This document shows, piece by piece, positions 55,668-64,000 of a stretch of 64,000 bases of DNA; position 1 is the first letter of the stretch; each line of letters starts with the position of its first letter. Under the pieces are notes generated by a model. That model ran no database searches. It was not told where the DNA came from and saw nothing but the letters and a program-made list of their open reading frames with translations. Both the position numbers and the translations under genes were made by a program. This stretch comes from an uncultured Actinomycetes bacterium (GTDB lineage: Bacteria; Actinomycetota; Actinomycetes; Mycobacteriales; Jatrophihabitantaceae). Location of the stretch: NCBI GenBank assembly GCA_963708805.1, contig CAVPUA010000003.1, positions 750,455-814,454 on the forward strand. The letters are read 5' to 3'.

Positions 55668-55922
55668 TCAGCGGATGAGCTGCGCTCGGTGCTCGACCTG
55701 CGGGAAGCCCGGCGCCCAGGCCAGGTTCACGAGCCACTTGGTGACCGAGTGGCTCCGCGGCCAGCGGTGGACCTCGGTGTCGTCCCACAGCAGCACCGCG
55801 TCTTCGACCTGGGCGGCGTGCCGTCCCGGGTGCCGTTCCAGCAGCTGGCAGCGACCGCCGTCCACGTCGATGTCCGCGCATCGGCGGCGCGGTCCTGGCG
55901 GTGTGAGTTGGGGAATGCCCAT
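55668..55922 (-). CDS. hypothetical protein
   Basis: 84-aa ORF with no recognisable family. Confidence 0.25.
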   Translation of the reverse strand: MGIPQLTPPGPRRRCADIDVDGGRCQLLERHPGRHAAQVEDAVLLWDDTEVHRWPRSHSVTKWLVNLAWAPGFPQVEHRAQLIR

Positions 55923-56157
55923 GGCGAGAACACTGCCCGCGCGGCGTTAACGGCCGGCGAAGCTGCGGTTGTCGGTCAACGGCGGGGATCGGACGAGGTG
56001 GCGTCGCGCCGGATTGTCCGCCCACGATGAACGGCGCCTCAACTACGTCTTAAGGACGCACGCAATCACCATCATCGATAGCCGCCGGAGTCGATCGCCT
56101 TCTACGCTTATCGGACTCGGCCGGGGGGGCCGCGCCGGCTGAGCGAGTGGGATCGAC

Positions 56158-57258
56158 GTGGACTGTACGAGGGCGCTCGCGCAGACGGGCGTGGCTGTGT
56201 CGGGCATCGCCCTGGCCGGTCTGGTCGTGCTCGTGGTCGGCGTCGCCCTGACCGTTGCCGCTCGCCACCGAACCACCGGGCGAGCACACCATGCGCTGGT
56301 GATCGGGATCATCCTCGTGCTGTTGCTGGCCCTCGACCCGCGATCCAGCGGCGCGGCGACATCCGCGTCCTGTGCCCAGTCTCCGGCGTCCCCGCCCGCG
56401 TACGCGGTGACCCGGCCGGTGTCGAGCTGTGACCGTGTCACGCTCAGCGCCGACCGCGCCAGTGCCGAACTGGGCTCGCCGATCACGTTCGTCGCCTCGG
56501 CGCCGACCGGTCTGGCGCCCGGCGTGGTGACGTTCTGGGACGGGACCCGGACGCTGGGGACGGTCGGCGTCCAGGCGGGGTCGGCCGTCCTGTCGATCGA
56601 TGGCCTCGGTGTCGGCGCGCACCGCGTGTTCGCGACGTTCACTCCGGTGGTCACGGCCAGCTGCGTACCCGATGGCTCGGTCGCGCTGATCGTGATCGTC
56701 AATGGCACCACGGCGGGCTCGGGCGGTAGCTCCGACGGCGGAGACGTACAAGCGATCCAGGCCAGGATCGGCGCGGGGATTCTTCTCCTGCGCAGTCCCT
56801 ATGACGCCGAGCATCCGCTGGACCTCGGTGTCTTGCGATTGGCCGGATCGGCTGATCAGTACGTCGGGAGGGCTCAGTTCGGAGACGGCTCCGTCTCCGG
56901 CAGTCTCTCGATCATCGACACCCGCGGTGGTGACGCCGGGTGGACGGTGTGCGTCCAGGGCGGCGACCTCGGCGATCCAGCCGGCGACCTCGTGTCCGGA
57001 TCCAACTTCGGCTTCATCAACGTCGCAGCCATCAGTTGGCCCGGTGGTCCTCGGGTGACAGTGGGTGACCGGGCAGGGCCGACGACGGCTGTGGCACCGG
57101 GTACCGCCATCGGCCTCGGTGCCGGCCCGCAGGTGATCGCGCGCTCGGTCGGCTCGGGGGCGGGCACGGTCGGGCTGAGCGGTCTTGTCACCCTGGTCGC
57201 CCCGCTTAGCAGCGCGCCCGGGACGTACTCGGGAACGCTCACGTTCACCGTCGGATGA
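56158..57258 (+). CDS. membrane-anchored protein with bacterial Ig-like domain
   Basis: Two N-terminal hydrophobic segments. Ig-like block VTFWDGTRTLGTVGVQAGSAVLSIDGLGVGAHRVFATFTP. Gly/Ser-rich. Confidence 0.4.
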   Translation: MDCTRALAQTGVAVSGIALAGLVVLVVGVALTVAARHRTTGRAHHALVIGIILVLLLALDPRSSGAATSASCAQSPASPPAYAVTRPVSSCDRVTLSADRASAELGSPITFVASAPTGLAPGVVTFWDGTRTLGTVGVQAGSAVLSIDGLGVGAHRVFATFTPVVTASCVPDGSVALIVIVNGTTAGSGGSSDGGDVQAIQARIGAGILLLRSPYDAEHPLDLGVLRLAGSADQYVGRAQFGDGSVSGSLSIIDTRGGDAGWTVCVQGGDLGDPAGDLVSGSNFGFINVAAISWPGGPRVTVGDRAGPTTAVAPGTAIGLGAGPQVIARSVGSGAGTVGLSGLVTLVAPLSSAPGTYSGTLTFTVG

Positions 57259-57319
57259 CCGAACGTGTAGCTTGATCATCAAGACGCCTGGTCATGTTTG
57301 ACGAGCCGCTTGGCTGCTT

Positions 57320-58453
57320 TCAGCCGCGCCGGATCGCGGCCTGCTCGGGCGTGCGGGCGACGAACTGTGGGCCGGTGACCTCGGTGTCGTAGTAGCGGTG
57401 GAACACCGGCGTCAGCGCGCCGCTGATCGGCGGGACGATCCAGCTCCAGTCCGCGGGGCACCGCCGACCGGCCCGCTCCTCCTTCTCGACGTGGGTCAGG
57501 AAGCGGCGCGACTCGGTGTGGTGATCGGCGATCGTCACCCCGGCCTGCGCGAACGAGTGCAGTACGGCCCGGTTGAGCTCGATCACCGCGCGGTCACGCC
57601 ACAAGGTCTGCTCGGATGACGTGTCGAGGTGCAGCCGCTCGGCGATCGTCGCCGTCAGGTTGTAGCGGTCGTGGTCGGCCAGATTGCGGGCGCCGATCTC
57701 GGTGCCCATGTACCAGCCGTTGAACGGCGCCGAGGAATAGGTGACGCCCCCGATGCGCAGCGCCATGTTGCTGATGGCGGGCACGGCGTGCCACTTGAGT
57801 CCCAGTTCGGCGAACCACGCGTGATCGGGGTGCGACAGGTGCACCTCGAGGATGTCGGCGTCCGACAGCTCGAACAACGTCGGCGGTTCGTCGCCCGTCT
57901 CGATGACGAGGGGCAGCACGTCGAAGGCCGAGCGGACCTCGGGGGCCCGCCACCCCAGTTGCTGCACCCGCTCGGTGAACCGCGCATACCGGGGATCGCC
58001 CAGCGGGCCGGCGTCCTCGGTGGGGTAGCCCGCATAGCGGATCAGCTGCTCGTTCCAGATCGTCGGTCCGGGCTGCCCCGGTTCGTCCGGCGCGAAGACG
58101 CTGACCACCGGTCGGATCCGGCCGCCGTTGGCCGCGATCCGCAGGTGGGCCCGGCAGTGATCGGCGATGCCTTCCGCGCTTGTGACATTGCGCAGGTCGC
58201 GCACGTACAGGCTGTTCCAGTAGAGCCGGCCGATGCAGCGCGCGCTGTTGCGCCAGGCCACCCGGCAACCCCAGATCAGTTCGGAGTTGGTGTGCCGGTA
58301 GGTACCGGTCTCGAGGATGGACGTGGCCACCTCGGCGGTGCGCACGACCCGGTCTCCGGCGGTCGGGTTCTCGGCATGGAACTGGTCGACGAACTCGAGC
58401 GCTTCGTGGAGGTCGACCCCGGACGATCGTTCGGTTGCTGCCTCTGCGTGCAC
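57320..58453 (-). CDS. nos: bacterial nitric-oxide synthase oxygenase domain protein
   Basis: Heme-thiolate motif WRNSARCIGRLYW, GWYMGTEIGARNL, and ADWSWIVPPISG. The GTG start is 2 nt after the upstream gene's TGA. The first roughly 130 codons of ORF 57320..58846 are an out-of-frame overlap and are excluded. Confidence 0.85.
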   Translation of the reverse strand: MHAEAATERSSGVDLHEALEFVDQFHAENPTAGDRVVRTAEVATSILETGTYRHTNSELIWGCRVAWRNSARCIGRLYWNSLYVRDLRNVTSAEGIADHCRAHLRIAANGGRIRPVVSVFAPDEPGQPGPTIWNEQLIRYAGYPTEDAGPLGDPRYARFTERVQQLGWRAPEVRSAFDVLPLVIETGDEPPTLFELSDADILEVHLSHPDHAWFAELGLKWHAVPAISNMALRIGGVTYSSAPFNGWYMGTEIGARNLADHDRYNLTATIAERLHLDTSSEQTLWRDRAVIELNRAVLHSFAQAGVTIADHHTESRRFLTHVEKEERAGRRCPADWSWIVPPISGALTPVFHRYYDTEVTGPQFVARTPEQAAIRRG

Positions 58454-58455
58454 GA

Positions 58456-60045
58456 TCAGCCGACCATCTCGAATTTGTCGAAGTGGATCTTGGCACGCGG
58501 AACGCCGCTGTGGACCAGCTTGCTGACCGTCGTCGAGATCATCGGATCCGGCCCCGAGACGAGCACATCGACCCCCATCGTCGCCCAGTCCCGCAGTCCG
58601 GGCACGATCTCCTCGACCCGTCCGTGATAGCCCTCGTAGGCCGGATCGTCGGACAGCACGGCGTGCACTTCGGCGTTCAACCAGTAACCCCCGGCGTGGA
58701 TCAGCTTGGCCAGCTTGTCGACGGAATAGGTGTCGTCTCGAGATCGGCCCCCGACGAACGTGTACAGCTGCGGTGCGTCGGGCCAGCCGAGGATCGACTC
58801 GACGACGGCCGTGATCGGTGCGGCCCCGGTGCCCGACGCGACGCACAACAGGCCGCCCGGAACGGTGCCGGGTTCGACCACGAGATCGTTGCCCCTCGGC
58901 GGCCCGAGCGTGAGACGGTCACCCGGCTGGGTGTGGGCGACCAGCGCCGACGAGACGCCGGACCCACCGAGCGCGCGGACTTGGATGTCGAAGGTGTTGT
59001 CGGCGCGCGGCGCGCTCGCGATCGACATCGAGCGCCACTCCCGGCGGAACGCGGGCACCTCGAGCGTGAGGTACTGGCCGGCCTTGTACGGGTACGGCGC
59101 GTCGGGCTGGATGCGAAGGACGGCGAAATCGCGCGAGAGTCGCTGATGATCGAGGACCTGCGCGCCCCACGACGTGGGCTCGCCCGCGTGCTGCATGGCG
59201 CCGTCGATCATGATCGTGGCGAGCCGCGTGTAGCTGCCGACGATGGCCGCCTCGTGTTCATCGGTCCACTTGTTGCCGGCCAGCCGCTTCCAGGCGCTGA
59301 TCATGGCGGCGCCCGCGACCTCGTAGTGCCGGGGTTCGACGTCGAACTTCCGGTGATCGGCCCCGAGCTGTTCCAGGTGCGCGGTCAGGCCCTGAGGATC
59401 GTCGGCGACCACCCACTGGACGACGGCCCGGCCGAACTCCTGACGCTGCCGGGTCATGCTCGACGGGAACATGAACGGAGCCTCGGGCACGCGCAGGAAC
59501 AGCTCGGCGTAGAAGTCCGAGATCAGCCGGTCGGCCCGGTCGCTGACGAACGAGAACGCTTCGCGCACCAGCGCCGGATCGAAGTCGCGCTGGTTGGCCG
59601 GGAAGACGGGCTTGGGCGGGGGCGGCGGTGTCTGGGCGACATAGAACTCGGGCAGGTTCGGAGGCGGAAGGCGTCGTTGCGCATTGCCGACGACCAGCTC
59701 GCCCGGGGCGGCGATCGGCGGGGCCGGGGCAGCCGGTACCGGCGCCGGTGCGACGGCGGCGGGCGGTGCAGGTAGCTCGGTGTCCGCGTGGGGTGGGCCG
59801 GGCACCTCGGCTTCGAACGACTCCGGCCTCGGGTGCGCGCTAAGCGACGTCGTCCAGCTCGTCGACCCGTCCGGCGACGGTGAATCGGTGGGCGGTTGGC
59901 CCGCCCCGCGTTCGTGTCCGTGCTGCGGCGCCGAGTAGTCGTCGTCGAGGAGCCATCGCCGTAGTGCACCGCGCAATCCCACCGGACACCCCCTGTTCAG
60001 GACCGCGCGCAACGCACTTGGCCTCATACCACGCGTGTCGGCCAC
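58456..60045 (-). CDS. flavohemoglobin-like protein (globin plus FAD/NAD(P)-binding reductase) with Pro-rich N-terminal extension
   Basis: Globin block (DPALVREAFSFVSDRADRLISDFY...HYEVAGAAMISAW) followed by FNR-like block (AGQYLTL...GTGAAPI). Roughly 140-aa Pro-rich N-terminus; the exact start is uncertain. Confidence 0.75.
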   Translation of the reverse strand: MADTRGMRPSALRAVLNRGCPVGLRGALRRWLLDDDYSAPQHGHERGAGQPPTDSPSPDGSTSWTTSLSAHPRPESFEAEVPGPPHADTELPAPPAAVAPAPVPAAPAPPIAAPGELVVGNAQRRLPPPNLPEFYVAQTPPPPPKPVFPANQRDFDPALVREAFSFVSDRADRLISDFYAELFLRVPEAPFMFPSSMTRQRQEFGRAVVQWVVADDPQGLTAHLEQLGADHRKFDVEPRHYEVAGAAMISAWKRLAGNKWTDEHEAAIVGSYTRLATIMIDGAMQHAGEPTSWGAQVLDHQRLSRDFAVLRIQPDAPYPYKAGQYLTLEVPAFRREWRSMSIASAPRADNTFDIQVRALGGSGVSSALVAHTQPGDRLTLGPPRGNDLVVEPGTVPGGLLCVASGTGAAPITAVVESILGWPDAPQLYTFVGGRSRDDTYSVDKLAKLIHAGGYWLNAEVHAVLSDDPAYEGYHGRVEEIVPGLRDWATMGVDVLVSGPDPMISTTVSKLVHSGVPRAKIHFDKFEMVG

Positions 60046-60225
60046 AGACGGTAAGACACGCGCACCAGTGAGTAACAGGTTACAGGCGAATAACGAGAAG
60101 AAGGAAGATCAACAGCTGAACTGTGCGGACCGGACCAAGATCAACTCTCCGGAGCGGTCCGCGCTGCCAGTTTCCGACATGTTAGATTCGAGTTAAGTCG
60201 GGGGCCGTCGACCGAACGGACTTCC

Positions 60226-60771
60226 ATGCGCTCGACCACCCTGCGCGCCTTGCTCGCTCTGAGCGTGACGGCTGGCGTCGTCGCCATCGGCTTCGTCGCG
60301 AACGGCTTCGTCGCGAACGGCGTCGTCGCCCGCTCACCGCACTCCGCTCCCGCGAACGCCCCCGCCGCTGTCGCGACGCCGGTCAACGGCGAGACGGTGG
60401 GCGTGGATCCGCTCGTGAGCGAGGGCCAACTGATCGCGTTCAGCGTGGACGGGTTCGCACCCGGGGCGGTGGCGACACTGACGCTGGAATGCCAACCGCT
60501 CGCCGCGACCTCCATTCGGGTCGACGCCGCCGGTACGGTGCGAGTCAGCTTCACGGTGCCGGCGCTGGCGCCCGCCGGATATCTCCTCGCGGTCACTGGG
60601 CCGTCCGCCGCGGTGCCGGGCGGCACGTCGGCGGGCGTGGTCGACGCGACGATCCCCCGTGCGGCGTTCTATCCGTTCGAGGTCACCGCGACCTCGACCC
60701 GCGGCTCGTCCGCCGGTCACCAGAACGGTTCATCAGTTCACGGCCGTTGCACCGGTGTCGTTCTAAAGTAG
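60226..60771 (+). CDS. secreted hypothetical protein
   Basis: Signal peptide MRSTTLRALLALSVTAGVVA. Internal 15-bp direct repeat encoding GFVANGFVANG. Confidence 0.45.
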   Translation: MRSTTLRALLALSVTAGVVAIGFVANGFVANGVVARSPHSAPANAPAAVATPVNGETVGVDPLVSEGQLIAFSVDGFAPGAVATLTLECQPLAATSIRVDAAGTVRVSFTVPALAPAGYLLAVTGPSAAVPGGTSAGVVDATIPRAAFYPFEVTATSTRGSSAGHQNGSSVHGRCTGVVLK

Positions 60772-60929
60772 GCGCCGTCACCGCGGCCACCTCCTCCGAA
60801 ACTGTCCGGTGATTCCCCCAGCGGCGCGTTCCCGTTCACCTGCGGGGGTTGGCGGGGACGCGCTGTGGTGGGTTCCGCGAAGAGGGTGTCGCCGGGCGGC
60901 ACCCGGCATCGGGCCGCGTCGGCCGAGCG

Positions 60930-62243
60930 TCAGGCCGCGTCGGCCGACGCGGTTGCGATCCGGTTGCGGCCGTCGCTCTTGGCTCGATACAGCGCGGCGT
61001 CGGCTGCGTGCATCAGCTCGGTCACCGTCCCGCCGCCATGCGGGTAGGTGGCGATGCCGATCGAGACCGAGAGATCGTTGATCAACCGCGGTCCGTCCGG
61101 GTGCTCGGCGTAGGTGTCGAGCACGGTCACGCCGTGTCGGATCCGCTCGGCGACCGTGTGCGCCTCGGACTCGCGGGCGCGCGAGAGGAGCACCACGAAC
61201 TCCTCGCCGCCGAACCGCCCGACGGCGTCGTTGTCGCGGACTTCGCCGGTGATGCAGTTGGCCACCGCGCGCAGCACTTCGTCGCCGTTGAGGTGACCGT
61301 GCTGGTCGTTGATCCGCTTGAAGTGGTCGAGGTCGATCATCAGCACGCTCAGGGTCGCGTCGGCGCGGTTGGCAGCTTTGGCCAGCTCGCGACTCGCGCG
61401 ATAGTGCCAGCTCGCCGCGTTGAGGACGCCCGTCTTGTGGTCGAGGATCGCGGTCGTCTCGAGCTCCCGGTTGAGCAGGCCGCGGTGCAAGATCATCAGC
61501 GGCGGGAGGATCGCGATCGACACCGCGGGCAGGGTCACCATGACGAGCGCGACGATCACCGCGAGGCAGAGGGTCGCGACCTCGAGGAAGTTGTCCGGCC
61601 AGCTGCCGATCACCTCGTGCACCGAATGCGTACGGGCCCAGATGGTGGGGACGACGAGTACGGCACCGATGAGGAAGTAGACCGCCAGCGAGGCGGACAG
61701 GGCCAGTATCCCGTCGGTTCCGCGGTCGGTCGCCTGCTTGATGCCGCTGACGCCGAACAGGTTCAGGACGGCTCGCGCGAGATAACACGTCAGGATCACG
61801 AAGCAGGTGTTCATGATCGAGCGGTACAGCGTGATCTCGCGCAATCGGTACCAGCTGCGCACACTCAACTGCAGGTACAGGAGGACGACCAGAGCGGCGA
61901 CGAGGATCGGCGGCAGCAGCAGTACGCCGGCGAATGTCCAGACCGACGTCAAGTTGATGTGTGCGGTGTCGGTGAGTTGTCGCCGCATGCGTTCGGTCTG
62001 TCGACCGATCTCGGCCTGGGCGATGCCCAGCGCCGTCAGGCCGGCGAGCACCACGAGATCGTGCCATTGGACTGTGGTGTCCCTCGCAATGACCAAAGTC
62101 GACGCGACAACGGTGGCTTCGACCAGAAGAATATAAGCGACTATCGACCGCGGTTGCGCCCATAACGCCCACGAAAATCGTCGGCGCACCACAGAAGAGG
62201 GCCAAGGGCCCTCGCTCGCGGAACTTAAATCAGTAATACTCAT
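60930..62243 (-). CDS. membrane-bound GGDEF-domain diguanylate cyclase
   Basis: About 7 TM helices N-terminally. C-terminal GGDEF with intact GGEEF A-site and the RxxD I-site region. Confidence 0.85.
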   Translation of the reverse strand: MSITDLSSASEGPWPSSVVRRRFSWALWAQPRSIVAYILLVEATVVASTLVIARDTTVQWHDLVVLAGLTALGIAQAEIGRQTERMRRQLTDTAHINLTSVWTFAGVLLLPPILVAALVVLLYLQLSVRSWYRLREITLYRSIMNTCFVILTCYLARAVLNLFGVSGIKQATDRGTDGILALSASLAVYFLIGAVLVVPTIWARTHSVHEVIGSWPDNFLEVATLCLAVIVALVMVTLPAVSIAILPPLMILHRGLLNRELETTAILDHKTGVLNAASWHYRASRELAKAANRADATLSVLMIDLDHFKRINDQHGHLNGDEVLRAVANCITGEVRDNDAVGRFGGEEFVVLLSRARESEAHTVAERIRHGVTVLDTYAEHPDGPRLINDLSVSIGIATYPHGGGTVTELMHAADAALYRAKSDGRNRIATASADAA

Positions 62244-62329
62244 AGGGTCTCACCGAACGGGCGAGATCGAAATAGGCGCGCGCCCACATTGCGCCACATT
62301 GCTCGCGATCCTGACCGACCGCGAATTAC

Positions 62330-62560
62330 CCCCGAAAGGGTGCAACATGTCCAACCGCGAAGGCTGACCCTCGCACTCGTCACGTCCCACCTACTTGAAG
62401 GAGCAGTTGTGAACCGCGAAGGCTGATCGTCCCTCAGTTCCGTCCCGGCTACCCGAAGGAGCAGTTGTGAACCGCGAAGGCTGAACCAAACCACGCAGTA
62501 CCGCTAGACCGTGCTACACCACCCCCGCTAGGAGTAATCATGTCCAACCGCGAAGGCTGA
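62330..62560 (+). repeat. array of four tandem SD-led mini-ORFs (MSNREG / MNREG / MNREG / MSNREG) separated by C/T-rich spacers
   Basis: ATGTCCAACCGCGAAGGCTGA at 62347-62367 and 62540-62560. GAAGGAGCAGTTGTGAACCGCGAAGGCTGA at 62397-62426 and 62456-62484. Each start lies 5-6 nt after a GGAG-type motif. Confidence 0.6.
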
Positions 62561-62702
62561 ACTCACGCTAGCTTAACACCTAACTGGTCGATGCGACACC
62601 TGGGATTTGCGTCGGTCGAGTTCGGTGCGGTCGAACCCCTATCCCGCGCCGTTTCGACACGATCCAGATGTCGGTCGGCCCGAGGCCCAGTTGCCTCCAC
62701 GA

Positions 62703-63980
62703 TCAATCGCCGGCGCCGTGCCTGGCGTTCGTGCGCGGACTGCTGAGCGCGATCCAAATCGCGATCACGGCGCCTGCTGCCCCGGCGAGCGCGACCGTGT
62801 TGCGGGTGCCGATCTGATCGGCCAGCAAGCCGGCGGCGAGTGCCCCGATGCCTTGAACGGCGACGAGCCCGGAAGTCAGCAATCCGGATCCCTGCGCCCG
62901 CATCGAGTTGGGTAGCCGGCGTACATACGCGGCCGTGCTCTGGATGTTGTACCCGGTGGCGACCAGGCCCGACATCGCGAACAGGGCCATCGAGACGACC
63001 AGGTTCGGGTGCATGACGCAGACGGTCAGTGGCAGGCCGGCGACCACGCCCAGCAGGGCGAGCGTGCGGATCGGCAACGACGCCGGCACCCACTTGCCGA
63101 ACACGATCCCGCCGAGCACGCTCCCGGCGGGATCGCTCGCCATCAACAGCCCGACGGCGCCGGCGCCCGCCCCCAGCGCGGCCGCGTACGGGGCCGCCAG
63201 CGCTTCGGGGACCACGTAGAACCCGGCCAGCCACGACAGGCACAGCAGCGAACGAAGGGTGGGGTCTCGCCAGACCAGCTGCGCGCCGGCGGATGTGGAC
63301 GCGAAGAACGACAGGCGCTCGGTCGGTTGCACGGTGTGCGGGTGCACGCCGATCCGCAGGATCAGCGCTGAAGCGAGGAACGTCGCCGCGTCGAGGGCCA
63401 GACCGGTCGAGGAATCCAACCCGGCGACGATGGCCCCGCCGCCGGCGAAACCGACCAGCTGGGCACCCTGGATCGTGATGTTGCGGACCGCCATTCCAGC
63501 GGTGTAGGTGTCGCCTTCGAGGACGTCGGGAAGAACCGCCTGCTGAGCCCCACGAAACGGCCCGCCCAGCAGCGCCATCAACGCCACCAGCAATCCGACG
63601 AGCCACAACGGACAGCCGTGGATCGCCGCTGCGCCGATGAAGGCGGCCCGAGCCAGGTCGAGTGCCACCATCACCCCGCGACGTGGGTAGCGATCACCCA
63701 GACCGCCGAGCAGCGTCCCGCCGATGAAGGCGGGTACGAACGTGAGGGCGTACGCCAGGCCCGTCCATGCCGCCGACCGAGTGTGGTCGAACACGAGGAC
63801 CGCGAGCGCCACCCGAGCCAGCTGATCGCCGGCGATCGAGAGCGTCTCGGCCGACCACAGAGCACGGAACTCGGCGATGGCGAACGGAGCGAGCAGGCCG
63901 CCTCTTGTCGGCCGCTCGGCACTCGAGTGCCTGCCTTGCTCTAGCCGAAGATCCCGGTCGTCGCGACGAGGCACCGACAT
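62703..63980 (-). CDS. MFS transporter (EntS/enterobactin-exporter-like)
   Basis: Intact 425 aa with 12 predicted TM segments and MFS motif A region (GGLGDRYPRR). Confidence 0.75.
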   Translation of the reverse strand: MSVPRRDDRDLRLEQGRHSSAERPTRGGLLAPFAIAEFRALWSAETLSIAGDQLARVALAVLVFDHTRSAAWTGLAYALTFVPAFIGGTLLGGLGDRYPRRGVMVALDLARAAFIGAAAIHGCPLWLVGLLVALMALLGGPFRGAQQAVLPDVLEGDTYTAGMAVRNITIQGAQLVGFAGGGAIVAGLDSSTGLALDAATFLASALILRIGVHPHTVQPTERLSFFASTSAGAQLVWRDPTLRSLLCLSWLAGFYVVPEALAAPYAAALGAGAGAVGLLMASDPAGSVLGGIVFGKWVPASLPIRTLALLGVVAGLPLTVCVMHPNLVVSMALFAMSGLVATGYNIQSTAAYVRRLPNSMRAQGSGLLTSGLVAVQGIGALAAGLLADQIGTRNTVALAGAAGAVIAIWIALSSPRTNARHGAGD

Positions 63981-64000
63981 GCCTTCGTCACCTCCGAGAT

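Noticed and set aside
57320-58846. 508-aa extended NOS with Arg-rich N-terminus
   Set aside because: The first roughly 130 codons overlap the flavohemoglobin-like gene out of frame. The conserved NOS sequence begins at the GTG 2 nt after that gene's stop.
62330-62560. CRISPR array interpretation of the 30-bp repeats with 28-45-bp spacers
   Set aside because: Only two exact repeats plus two variant units in an A-B-B-A pattern. Each unit has an SD, a start, a conserved peptide and a stop, which a CRISPR repeat would not require. There are no cas genes anywhere in the window.
62244-62702. c-di-GMP riboswitch upstream of the GGDEF gene
   Set aside because: No recognisable GEMM-type conserved helices or tetraloop-receptor motifs on the minus strand. 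Only G-rich tracts complementary to the C-rich spacers.

Overview
This window is high-GC (about 70%) and looks actinobacterial; many genes fall in a Mycobacterium/Nocardia-like order. In window order:

- A MazEF toxin-antitoxin pair, lipoproteins, and an XPB-type helicase with its conserved large partner protein, separated here by a NarL-type two-component system.
- A cold-shock protein with a DUF3027 neighbour.
- Futalosine-pathway menaquinone genes (mqnD and a frame-disrupted mqnB), which suggest a non-mycobacterial lineage.
- An MFS transporter and a frame-disrupted pabB-pabC fusion.
- Regulators and enzymes: MarR, a TrmH-family RNA methyltransferase, a UbiA prenyltransferase, an intact orphan D12-class (Dam-like) DNA adenine methyltransferase, ArsR, serC and murB.
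- A GABA-shunt set: aldehyde dehydrogenase, gabT and, further on, gadB.
- A flotillin gene, ask-asd and def.
- A large acyl-CoA, leucine or acyclic-terpene catabolic cluster: two acyl-CoA synthetases, accD1/accA1-like carboxylase, enoyl-CoA hydratase, AtuA, TetR and an F420-type LLM oxidoreductase.
- An intact IS481-family insertion with a 6-bp TCTAGC target duplication.
- A WhiB-like/DUF3253 fusion, DeoR, Smr and GPP34.
- A bacterial nitric-oxide synthase translationally coupled to an upstream flavohemoglobin-like gene.
- A GGDEF diguanylate cyclase and a second MFS transporter.

No rRNA, tRNA or CRISPR-cas was found.

Two observations stand out.

1. Between roughly 4.6 and 50.6 kb, many conserved genes carry single-base frame disruptions. 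These include essential genes (murB, asd, serC, gabT), while neighbouring genes are intact. I cannot separate assembly indels from true pseudogenisation from the sequence alone.
2. A short C/T-rich intergenic segment (62330-62560) carries four tandem Shine-Dalgarno-led mini-ORFs encoding MSNREG, MNREG, MNREG and MSNREG.
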